A DNA stretch of 57,610 bases, filler included, from Deltaproteobacteria bacterium (GTDB lineage Bacteria; JAEEML01), in assembly GCA_016283195.1 (NCBI GenBank). It is 3 parts of 3 records of this genome, joined end to end, with 100 filler letters (N's around TTAATTAATTAA, not from the genome) between each part and the next. Parts side by side here need not be neighbours in the genome. Positions count along the whole stretch, not along the records: positions 19,327 to 40,122 come from JAEEML010000139.1; 2 more parts are not named here. One strand, given 5' to 3'. Shown in pieces: positions 27,595-36,458 of the stretch; within the stretch, counting starts at the first letter, position 1; every line of letters starts with the position of its first letter. The notes below the pieces were generated by a model, which saw only the letters and a list, made by a program, of their open reading frames with translations, was not told the origin of the DNA and searched no databases. The position numbers and the translations under genes were made by a program.

Positions 27595-28820
27595 TGCGCA
27601 AGATAGACCAAAAAAAGCTAGTTTATATTGTAAATCTTTCCAATGAGTTAGCCGGCATATACGATTTGGATATGCTATTGCAAAAGCTGCTGGAAAAGGC
27701 CAGAAAATTTGCCTTGGCCGATGCCGGATCCATTTATATTAAGGAAGGCGAATTGCTAAAATTCAGCGCCTCGCAAAATGAAACTATGCAAGCGCGCCTG
27801 GGCGATGGCAAAAAACTGCCCTTCACTTCTTTTACCATTCCCATCAATAATTCCAGTATTGTGGGCTATGTGGCCGGCAATGGCAAAATTGTCAACTTGA
27901 AAGATGCCTATCGCATCCCGGCCAAGGTGCCTTATAAGCTGAGTAAAAGCTTTGATAAACTCAATAATTATCGCACAAAATCTATGCTCACTATTCCTTG
28001 CAAAAACGGCCAGGGCAGTGTCATCGGCGTTTTGCAATTAATCAACGCGCGGGATAAAAAAGGCAATATTATTCCCTTTGATAAAGCCGATTTGGATCTA
28101 TATGGTCATTTTGCTTACAATGCGGCCATTGCCCTCGAAAGAGCTAAATTATTGCGCACATTTATTTTGCGGACCATCGGTATGTCCGAGCTGCGCGACC
28201 CGGCGGAAACCGGCGCCCATGTCAATCGCGTTGGCGCTTATGCGGTGGAAATATACGATACCTGGGCGCAAAAGAAAAAGCTCAGCTCGCAGATTATCGA
28301 GCAACAAAAAGATGTTTTGCGTATTGCCGCCATGCTGCATGATGTCGGCAAGGTGGCCATTTCTGATATAATTTTGAAAAAGCCCGGACGCTTTACTCCG
28401 GAAGAATATGAGATTATGAAGGCGCATACTTATCTGGGCGCCAAACTCTTTAATGACCCCTCTTCCACTTTTGATATAGCGGCCAGAGATGTTATTTTAA
28501 ACCACCACGAACGCTGGGATGGCCGGGGTTACCCGGGCTATATAGATGCCGACGGCAAACCGCTGGAAGGTAAAACTCAACCTGACGGCAAGCCAATAGG
28601 CAAAAAAGGCGAGGAAATTCCGCTATTTGGCCGCATTGTAGCCATTGCCGATGTCTTTGATGCCTTAAGCAGCCGCCGCGTTTACAAAGACGCCTGGAGC
28701 GATGATGATGTTTTAAAGGAAATAAAAGAACAGGCCGGCCACCAATTCGATCCGGAATTGGTTGAAGCCTTTCTTGAATCCTGGGACCAAATAAAATCAA
28801 TTAGAAAGCAATATCAATAA
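27591..28820 (+). CDS. GAF + HD-GYP c-di-GMP phosphodiesterase
   Basis: GAF (YRTKSML, GVLQLIN), ETGAHV.RV, HDVGK, HHERWDG.GYP, IADVFDAL; ATGA overlap with rfbB. Confidence 0.92.
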   Translation: MMRKIDQKKLVYIVNLSNELAGIYDLDMLLQKLLEKARKFALADAGSIYIKEGELLKFSASQNETMQARLGDGKKLPFTSFTIPINNSSIVGYVAGNGKIVNLKDAYRIPAKVPYKLSKSFDKLNNYRTKSMLTIPCKNGQGSVIGVLQLINARDKKGNIIPFDKADLDLYGHFAYNAAIALERAKLLRTFILRTIGMSELRDPAETGAHVNRVGAYAVEIYDTWAQKKKLSSQIIEQQKDVLRIAAMLHDVGKVAISDIILKKPGRFTPEEYEIMKAHTYLGAKLFNDPSSTFDIAARDVILNHHERWDGRGYPGYIDADGKPLEGKTQPDGKPIGKKGEEIPLFGRIVAIADVFDALSSRRVYKDAWSDDDVLKEIKEQAGHQFDPELVEAFLESWDQIKSIRKQYQ

Positions 28821-28842
28821 TTGCAATTAGTTAGAGATTATC

Positions 28843-30021
28843 ATGGTAATAAGCGGCCTGGAAAATTTTCTTACTGACAGCTCTTTTCGCCGTGGTTTAA
28901 AACGGGTGGCTCTCCTGGTTAATTACACCGCTGTCGATAGCCACCTAAACCATGCCATCCCCCTTATCAAGAAATTAAAAGATATTGAAATTGTGCGGAT
29001 TTTTAGCCCGGAGCACGGGCTTTGGGGCACAAGTCAGGATATGGATAGCGTGGCCGATTCCCATGACCCACTCTCCGGTTGCCCGGTTTTTAGCCTCTAT
29101 GGCACAAGCGAGGAATCTTTAGCCCCCTCGCCCGATCTTTTAAAAGATATCGATGCTCTTATTTGCGATATTCAGGATGTGGGCAGCCGCTATTATACCT
29201 ATGCGGCCTCCATTGTGCTCACTATGAAAGTTTGCGCCCAGGTGGGCCTGCCTTGCCTGGTTTTGGATCGCCCCAATCCCCTTGGCGGCCTTGCTATCGA
29301 GGGCAATTATATTGAGCCCGCCCTCACCTCCTTTGTGGGCACCATCAATGTGCCAGAGCGCCACGGGCTAACCATGGGCGAGCTGGCAAATTTCTATAAT
29401 ATCACTAAGTTAAATGGAGCCTGCCGCCTCACCGTTGTGCCCATGATCGGCTATAAGCGCAATATGTGGTTTGACGAATGCGGCCTCCCCTGGATTTATC
29501 CCTCACCCAATATGCCCACTTTGGAGGCGGCTATTATCTACCCCGGCGGCTGTCTTTTTGAGGCCACCAATTGCAGCGAAGGTCGGGGCACTACCAAGCC
29601 GTTTGAGCTCTTTGGCGCCCCATTTATCGATGCCTTTGCCCTAGCCGATGCTTTAAACAAAATGGACTTAAAAGGCGTTTATTTTCGGGCACATCACTTT
29701 ATGCCCACTTTTCAAAAACAGGCTATGAAAATCTGCGGCGGTGTGGAAATTCATGTAACCGACAGGCAGATTTTTAAGCCTCTTAAATGTGGCCTGGCTG
29801 TTATTTATCAAACCAAAAAGCTCTGGCCGCATGATTTTGCCTGGCGCACAAAAGTTTATGAATTTCGCCAAGATGTGCCGGCTATGGATTTACTTTGCGG
29901 CACAAACGCCGTGCGCCTTACCATTGATAGCGGCGCTTCATTTGCCGAAGTATATAACAGTGCTTTGGCGCCAACTGACGAGGCTAATCAACAACATCGA
30001 GAGGCCTGGCTTTATAAATAA
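28843..30021 (+). CDS. DUF1343 family exo-beta-N-acetylmuramidase NamZ-like
   Basis: FSPEHG, SLYG, DIQDVGSRYYTY, DRPNPLGG, HGLTMGE, PSPNMPT, SEGRGTT.PFE. Confidence 0.9.
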   Translation: MVISGLENFLTDSSFRRGLKRVALLVNYTAVDSHLNHAIPLIKKLKDIEIVRIFSPEHGLWGTSQDMDSVADSHDPLSGCPVFSLYGTSEESLAPSPDLLKDIDALICDIQDVGSRYYTYAASIVLTMKVCAQVGLPCLVLDRPNPLGGLAIEGNYIEPALTSFVGTINVPERHGLTMGELANFYNITKLNGACRLTVVPMIGYKRNMWFDECGLPWIYPSPNMPTLEAAIIYPGGCLFEATNCSEGRGTTKPFELFGAPFIDAFALADALNKMDLKGVYFRAHHFMPTFQKQAMKICGGVEIHVTDRQIFKPLKCGLAVIYQTKKLWPHDFAWRTKVYEFRQDVPAMDLLCGTNAVRLTIDSGASFAEVYNSALAPTDEANQQHREAWLYK

Positions 30022-30584
30022 TGCGTACTTTCAAGAAAATAGCCCTCTATGGCGGCGCATTTGACCCCCCTCACCTTGGTCATCAGTTCACTTTGCTTTA
30101 CCTCATAAGTTGCACCCAGCATGATGAAATATGGCTTCTGCCGGCTTATAATCACCCCTTTGGCAAAAAAATGGTTCCTTTTGATTTGCGCTGCCAAATG
30201 TGCGAATTACTCGCCGCCCCGCTTAGCCCTAAAGTGCTGGTCTCGCGTGTGGAAGCCGAGCCGGAGTGCGATGGCCGCACTTACAATACTGTGCGCTATT
30301 TACAGGAAAAATACCCCGACTGCCGCTTTTCTTTTGTTTTGGGGGCCGATAATCTGGCCCAAAGCCATAAGTGGTACAAATGGGAAGAGCTCTCAAAACT
30401 TACTGATTTTATTATTATAGGTCGCGGAGCTATTCCGCAAATAGATGCCATTACTCTGCCCGATATCAGTAGCACCCTGGTGCGCTCGCTACTCGCCGGA
30501 GGTAAGGCACCAAAAACCTTGGTTCCGCAAAATATTTTGCAATTTATCGCCGAAAAGCACCTTTACAGCGAGCCGCAAAAATAA
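30021..30584 (+). CDS. nadD: Nicotinate-nucleotide adenylyltransferase
   Basis: GGAFDPPHLGH (HxGH), GADN, W..W, ISST. Confidence 0.9.
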   Translation: MRTFKKIALYGGAFDPPHLGHQFTLLYLISCTQHDEIWLLPAYNHPFGKKMVPFDLRCQMCELLAAPLSPKVLVSRVEAEPECDGRTYNTVRYLQEKYPDCRFSFVLGADNLAQSHKWYKWEELSKLTDFIIIGRGAIPQIDAITLPDISSTLVRSLLAGGKAPKTLVPQNILQFIAEKHLYSEPQK

Positions 30585-30651
30585 AATCGCGCCGCCAAGC
30601 CAGGCAAATAGATATACATAAAAGAAGTTAGGGATAAAAAGAGCCTTAAGC

Positions 30652-32898
30652 TCAGGATTTTTTAGGCTTCTTACCGTTATTGGCCGGCTTCGGCGGTTTC
30701 CTATCGAATAAATAAATTTCCTGCTCCTGCCCATCGCGGCTGATAAGCACTTTCACCCTTTTAGCCGGTCGCTTCTTTTCCCACTTGGCTAAATATTTGG
30801 CCGCTTCCAAGAGACCTTCGGTCGGCTTATCATCCAAAGAGATAATAACATCACCGGCCTTTAAACCGGCCTGACCGGCAGGAGATTTTGGAGCCACAGC
30901 CAAAACAACCGCCCCATTAACCGTTCCGTGCAGCCAAACCAAAGAAGGCATAAAATGCGTTACCGTTAAACCAAGCGCTTTATAGGCTTTCTTGTCAAAA
31001 TAATATTCGCCCTTAAAATTGCGCGGATTTAATATGCCATGAACTTTTAAATCGTAATACTCGCTCCGCCGGCCATCTTTATATTCCGCATATTTGGCCC
31101 AATAAGTGGCAAAATCATCATATAATTCCGGGAAACGGGCCTCAATCATAGCGCTCACGGCTTGAGCGCGTGCGGTAATAAGCTCCTCGGCAGCGGCTTT
31201 GGCCTCCTCCCCTTCCGCCTGCTCTAAAGCCTTCATAGCTTTAGTGCGTGCGTCCAGGGCCGGAAGCGCCACCACCTTTTTAAAGGGCTGATTGACGGCA
31301 GCTGCTAAATAATAAGAGACAACATCATCAGTCAAAAGCGCCCGCAACAAAGCAGCCGCTTCACCCAAATTACTATAGCTCCGCAAGGTGCGCGTAAAGT
31401 GAAACTCTTTGGGTGAGATGCGCTCAAATGGGGGATCGTCAATCCACACCGGTTTTTCGGGGCTACTCGTTTCCAAAAGTTTCGGCTCACCGGGCTCAAT
31501 TTTTTCTATATGAGCCAGTGGCAAAATGTCACTCCCGCCATCACCGGTTTTATCCAAAGATGGCGCCGTCTTGTCTTGTTGCGATCCACTAAATCCAGGC
31601 AAGGAAATATGCCCATAATAACAGCTACTTCCAACCCAGCCAATAGCTCCTGCCGCCGCCATAGCCAGGCAAAGAGTAAGCTTACCGATTCCTGCGGCAT
31701 GCTTAGGCTCTCGCTGATAAATAGCTGTATCCTCCGAATAGGTATATAATATTTTCTCCATAGAGTTGCGGACAGCTATCATTGAGTCCGGGCGCTTCGC
31801 CGGATCCTTCTCCAGCATTTTAAAGACCAGATTACGCAACTCCGGCGGCATAGCGGCAGCCACTTCATCGCTAAAGGGCGTGGGCGGTTGCAAATTAACA
31901 GCCATGAGCTGAGCGGCTGGAGAATTAGCCATAATGGGTAAATTGCCGGAAAGCATCACATAAAACATCACACCGAGGGAATATATATCTGTGTGATAAT
32001 CAATAGGAATTCCCTGTGCCTGCTCTGGTGACATATAGCTTGGTGTGCCAAAAACAGTGCCCAGCCTTGTCAAAGTGGGCTCTTTGCCATCGTTGGAAAC
32101 AACCTTGGCAATGCCAAAATCGAGTATTTTGGGCAAAAGGCGGTCATTCACCGGCTGGAGAATAATATTTTCCGGCTTAAGATCGCGGTGCACCACCTTG
32201 GCACTATGAGCCACTGCCAAAGCATCGGCCATTTTACTGCCCAGTTCACACACCTCGCGCCAGCCCAGCTTACCGTGAATACGCAGATATTTCTGCAAAG
32301 TAAGGCCATCGACAAATTCCATGGCCAAATACATCATATTGTTGCTAGTACAACCAAAATTATAGGTTTGCACAATGCCGGGGTGTTTTAAATTGCTGGC
32401 GGCTTTGGCCTCGCGGTAAAAGCGCTGCACCATCTCGGTATTATTCCCCAGTTCCGGAAGCAAAAATTTTACGGCTGCCTGGCGATCCATGGTCACTTGT
32501 TGAGCCAAATAAACTGTGCCCATGCCGCCTTCGCCAAGAAGCTTTTCCAGCTTGTATTGGCCTAAAATTGTCTGGCCAATCATGGCTTTGGGGTCAATAT
32601 TATCTGCCGGAACATCGGCGGCAGCCTCTGGCTTTTCTTCCGCCGGAGCCGATTCTTTTTTCTGATATTGCTCATCGAGCCCGGGAATGGTCCAGCCGGC
32701 TTCGTCCGGTTTATAACTTTCATCAGGAGCACGATTTAAAGCGCTGCCTTCGGGATCAACTTTAACAGTATCCTGAGGGACATTCATCGACAGCGTTTCC
32801 GATTCTTCATCCAAAACCATGACATTCTCGTTGCCACTCATGGCATCTTCGCTGTCATTAATTACATTTTCACTACCGTCTTCGGGGATTTGAGACAT
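30652..32898 (-). CDS. Transmembrane Ser/Thr protein kinase with C-terminal PDZ domain
   Basis: LGEGGMG, AVK, HRDLKPEN, DFG, GTPSYMSPEQ; one TM; SPA..AGLKAGDVI PDZ signature. Confidence 0.92.
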   Translation of the reverse strand: MSQIPEDGSENVINDSEDAMSGNENVMVLDEESETLSMNVPQDTVKVDPEGSALNRAPDESYKPDEAGWTIPGLDEQYQKKESAPAEEKPEAAADVPADNIDPKAMIGQTILGQYKLEKLLGEGGMGTVYLAQQVTMDRQAAVKFLLPELGNNTEMVQRFYREAKAASNLKHPGIVQTYNFGCTSNNMMYLAMEFVDGLTLQKYLRIHGKLGWREVCELGSKMADALAVAHSAKVVHRDLKPENIILQPVNDRLLPKILDFGIAKVVSNDGKEPTLTRLGTVFGTPSYMSPEQAQGIPIDYHTDIYSLGVMFYVMLSGNLPIMANSPAAQLMAVNLQPPTPFSDEVAAAMPPELRNLVFKMLEKDPAKRPDSMIAVRNSMEKILYTYSEDTAIYQREPKHAAGIGKLTLCLAMAAAGAIGWVGSSCYYGHISLPGFSGSQQDKTAPSLDKTGDGGSDILPLAHIEKIEPGEPKLLETSSPEKPVWIDDPPFERISPKEFHFTRTLRSYSNLGEAAALLRALLTDDVVSYYLAAAVNQPFKKVVALPALDARTKAMKALEQAEGEEAKAAAEELITARAQAVSAMIEARFPELYDDFATYWAKYAEYKDGRRSEYYDLKVHGILNPRNFKGEYYFDKKAYKALGLTVTHFMPSLVWLHGTVNGAVVLAVAPKSPAGQAGLKAGDVIISLDDKPTEGLLEAAKYLAKWEKKRPAKRVKVLISRDGQEQEIYLFDRKPPKPANNGKKPKKS

Positions 32899-32952
32899 AG
32901 CGCCTCCTAAGTTTTAATTTTGTGTGGGGATAAGTAAAGCAAATTCTTTACA

Positions 32953-34008
32953 TCAAATAGCGCGTTCGATTTTGGCATTTTTGCGCAAATTCTCAATATA
33001 TTCACGCATTTTGCTTTGCATTTCGCGATCTTTTAGCTGCTTGGCAACACCCTCTTTGACTTCATCGAACGGCACCATGCCGGCCGCTTTGTGATCGGTT
33101 AATTTGATGATGTGGTAACCAAATTGGGTTTCCACCAAACCGCTAATCTCACCGGGTTTCAGAGCCAAGCAAGCATCTTCAAAGGGTTTTACCATCTGGC
33201 CTTTGCCAAAGTAGCCTAAATCACCGCCCTGAGCGGCGCTGGGGCAATTGGAAAACTCTTTGGCCAGAGCGGCAAAGTCACCGCCGGCTTTTACTTTTTT
33301 CAAAATATCTTCGGCTTTGGCTTTGGCTTCATCTTTTTTGGCTTTGTCTTCCTGATTGTCGACTTTTACCAAAATATGGCTGGCTTTTAATTGCTCAGGC
33401 CTATTGAATTGGTCGGTATGAGCATCATAAAAAGCCTTCACCGCCGCGTCATCTATAGCTACTTTAGCCTCAACTTCGGCTTTGACCAGCTGATCGATGA
33501 TGTTGCCTTCGGCAATTTGTTTTTTCAAAGTATCCAAATCAAAAGAGGATTCCTTCAAAAAGTTAAGGAACTCTTCCTCAGAGGGGAAACGACCTTTAAG
33601 CTCTTGCAATTCTTTATTAACCTGCTCTTCCGAGGCCACAAAATTATGCTTTTTGGCTTCTTGGAATAAAAGCTCGCGCTCAATAAGTTTGCCCAAAAAC
33701 ATCAGGCGCATTTCCTGAACTTTTTCAGCCGGAGCGCCCATTTTTTGCAACCTGTTGGCAATCGGAGCAAATTCTCTGTCTAAATCAGCGGCAGTAAATA
33801 CTTTGTCGTTAACAACAGCAACTTTCATATTGGGATCCTCTGCTTTCTTGTCTGTAGAAGCGTCAGCCGCTTTAGCCTCTCCCGCAGCCGAGGCCATAGA
33901 CGGAGCTGCCACCTGGTTTTCCTTATTTTGTGGTGCCTTATCTTTTTGGCATGATGGCAAAAGAGGTAAAGTAAGTAACAATGAGAAAATAGCAACTTTT
34001 TTAAACAT
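32953..34008 (-). CDS. Parvulin-type peptidyl-prolyl isomerase lipoprotein (PrsA/SurA-like)
   Basis: Start at 34008; lipobox LPSC; ASHILVK, FAALAKEFS, GGDLG.F, TQFGYHII. Confidence 0.92.
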   Translation of the reverse strand: MFKKVAIFSLLLTLPLLPSCQKDKAPQNKENQVAAPSMASAAGEAKAADASTDKKAEDPNMKVAVVNDKVFTAADLDREFAPIANRLQKMGAPAEKVQEMRLMFLGKLIERELLFQEAKKHNFVASEEQVNKELQELKGRFPSEEEFLNFLKESSFDLDTLKKQIAEGNIIDQLVKAEVEAKVAIDDAAVKAFYDAHTDQFNRPEQLKASHILVKVDNQEDKAKKDEAKAKAEDILKKVKAGGDFAALAKEFSNCPSAAQGGDLGYFGKGQMVKPFEDACLALKPGEISGLVETQFGYHIIKLTDHKAAGMVPFDEVKEGVAKQLKDREMQSKMREYIENLRKNAKIERAI

Positions 34009-34198
34009 TTTCGTTTCCTTTCCGCTGGCGGCGTAAATCAACCTAAGCCGCAACAAACGCGGCGCAACCTAGCACACTTTAGCCGGACTGCCAATAGGGT
34101 ATTCAATTTTGGCTTGACAAAATATCAATCCGCTAGAGTATGGTTGCTATGTTGGTCTATCTGCCGCCGTCTTTACCGGCGAAGAGAGGTTAATTTAG

Positions 34199-34573
34199 AT
34201 GCAAGTTCCTGAAAATCTTAAGTATTCCGACAAACATCATTGGTTTCGCGCGGCCGATGGCGCCGTGGGCATTACCGATTATGCGCAAAAAAAGCTGGGC
34301 ACCATTGTCTATGTCGATTTACCACAAGTCGGCACTACCATTAAACAGGGTGAGTCCTGCGGTTCCATTGAATCAACTAAAGCTAATTCCGATTTATACG
34401 CGCCGGTTAGCGGCAAAATTGTTAAAATAAATGAAGAAGTCGTTGATGACCCGGAGCCGATTAACTCTTCTCCTTATGAAAAAGGCTGGCTTTTTGTCAT
34501 CGAGACCGCCGGCGACGCTGAAGCTACCGCACTTTTAAGCAGCAGCCAATATGCCGCTTTAACCGGCGCATAA
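34199..34573 (+). CDS. gcvH: Glycine cleavage system H protein
   Basis: VGITDYAQ..LG.IVYVDLP, lipoyl-Lys in ESTKA, IN.SPY..GW. Confidence 0.95.
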   Translation: MQVPENLKYSDKHHWFRAADGAVGITDYAQKKLGTIVYVDLPQVGTTIKQGESCGSIESTKANSDLYAPVSGKIVKINEEVVDDPEPINSSPYEKGWLFVIETAGDAEATALLSSSQYAALTGA

Positions 34574-34600
34574 TTATAACTAGCTTACTGGGAGTTAGCC

Positions 34601-35611
34601 ATGTGGACACACCTGCTTCTCACGGCCATGTTGGCTATACCGCATGGTCAAATAGCTTTTGTATTAAACGATGGTACCCAGAGTGACATATATCTCATCT
34701 GGGCCGACGGACGTGGGCTTAAATCGATCACTTCCACCATCAGCGCCGACGAAGCCGCCCCGCGCTGGTCGCCCTCCGGCCGCATCATCGCCTACTCCAC
34801 TAGCAGCGAAGGTAATTCCGGCATCAACCTTTTTCTTTTGGACAGCAACCGCACCATCAAAGTAAGCAGTGGCAACTCCGCAGATATGTTTCCCTCCTTT
34901 TTTCCCAACGGCACCATGCTGACTTTTGAGCGCTGGTCCGGCGGGGAACAAACTTATTCCAACCTCATCACCTCTACTCTATACGGCACCAACCAACAAG
35001 TCTTGTTACCGGAGGTCTTTCGCCATAGTTGGTCGCCGGTCAACGGGCAATTAATGTTCATCTCCCCCAAAGGCCTGGTAACCACCAACCGGCGCGGGGA
35101 GAAGGAAACGGTGCTTTTGCAACAAAATGTCAATGTTTTACAAGCCGAGTGGTCACCCAACGATTTGCTTATCGCTTTCATTGGGGTAACAAACGGGCAA
35201 AGCAACATCTATACCATTTCTTCGAATGGAAAAAACATCAAGAATATCACCCGCTCCAACAATATTGAGGAAGAAATCACCTGGGCTCCTACCGGCGATC
35301 GCATAGCTTATGTCACCAGGCCCGATCCCAAAACCATCACCAACGAGCAGGAGATGAAAAAACGGGCCATCCGCATCATTGATTTAAAAACCAGGAAGCG
35401 CACCACCTTAACCGACGGCACTTCCGAATGTTATTCACCCACTTGGGCCCCCGATGGCACCGGCCTCGCCTTTGTTTGCTGCTATGTCACTACTTCCTGC
35501 CAACTTTATGTAGCCGATGTGGCAGCCAACACTATGCGCGCTATTACCACAGCTGGCGGGCGCATCAGCGACCCCAAGTGGTCACCGGAATTAGTCTTTA
35601 AGAATAATTGA
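34601..35611 (+). CDS. Secreted TolB-like beta-propeller (PD40 repeats)
   Basis: Signal peptide; repeated P.WSP.G..IA(F/Y) units. Confidence 0.85.
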   Translation: MWTHLLLTAMLAIPHGQIAFVLNDGTQSDIYLIWADGRGLKSITSTISADEAAPRWSPSGRIIAYSTSSEGNSGINLFLLDSNRTIKVSSGNSADMFPSFFPNGTMLTFERWSGGEQTYSNLITSTLYGTNQQVLLPEVFRHSWSPVNGQLMFISPKGLVTTNRRGEKETVLLQQNVNVLQAEWSPNDLLIAFIGVTNGQSNIYTISSNGKNIKNITRSNNIEEEITWAPTGDRIAYVTRPDPKTITNEQEMKKRAIRIIDLKTRKRTTLTDGTSECYSPTWAPDGTGLAFVCCYVTTSCQLYVADVAANTMRAITTAGGRISDPKWSPELVFKNN

Positions 35612-35615
35612 TGCC

Positions 35616-36395
35616 CTACCCCAGAGCCACATCGAGCGCCATCATCACACTAAAACCGGCAGCAAAGGCAATAACGCCGATATTGGAATGTTCTCCGGCC
35701 GACATTTCGGGAATGAGTTCCTCCACCACCACATAGAGCATAGCGCCGGCAGCAAAAGATAAAAGATAAGGCATAGCCGGCACAACCAGCCCGGCGATGA
35801 GAATGGTAAGCCCTCCAAAAAGCGGCTCAACCGCGCCGGAAAGTACACCAAGCACAAATGATTTAGGCTTGCTCTTGCCCTCCGCATAGAGCGGCATGGA
35901 AATAATGGCGCCCTCAGGAAAATTTTGGATGGCAATGCCCAGCGCCAGGGCCAGCGCTCCGCCGGTGGTAATATTGGCCGTGCCGTTTAAAAGCCCGGCA
36001 TAGACAACCCCCACTGCCATGCCCTCAGGAATATTGTGCAAAGTAACAGCCAGCACCATCATGGCCGTTCTGGTGAGCCGACTTTTAGGGCCCTCAACCT
36101 GGTCGATGCTGCGGTGCAGGTGAGGAATAATGTGGTCCAGTAAAAGCAAAAATAAAATACCCAGCCAAAAGCCGGTAAAAGCCGGAAGGAAAGCCAGCTG
36201 CCCCAAGGGCTCCTCCTGTTCAATGGCCGGCACCAAAAGGCTCCAAATGGAGGCCGCCACCATCACCCCGGCCGCAAAACCGGAAAGCGCCCGTTGCACA
36301 CTGCGCTTTAAATCTTTCTTTAAACAAAAGACACAGGCCGCACCAAGTGCCGTCCCCAGAAATGGCAATAAAAGCCCGATAGTTACTTCTCTCAT
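35616..36395 (-). CDS. ZIP-family metal transporter (ZupT/GufA-like)
   Basis: FAAGVM, LHNIPEGMAVG, IQNFPEG, FAAGAM.YVVVEELIPE. Confidence 0.93.
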   Translation of the reverse strand: MREVTIGLLLPFLGTALGAACVFCLKKDLKRSVQRALSGFAAGVMVAASIWSLLVPAIEQEEPLGQLAFLPAFTGFWLGILFLLLLDHIIPHLHRSIDQVEGPKSRLTRTAMMVLAVTLHNIPEGMAVGVVYAGLLNGTANITTGGALALALGIAIQNFPEGAIISMPLYAEGKSKPKSFVLGVLSGAVEPLFGGLTILIAGLVVPAMPYLLSFAAGAMLYVVVEELIPEMSAGEHSNIGVIAFAAGFSVMMALDVALG

Positions 36396-36458
36396 CGTTT
36401 TATAAATCTCCTGTAAAGCTGCTCAAAAAAGATTTTTTCACAAAGATTATCAGCAGTT

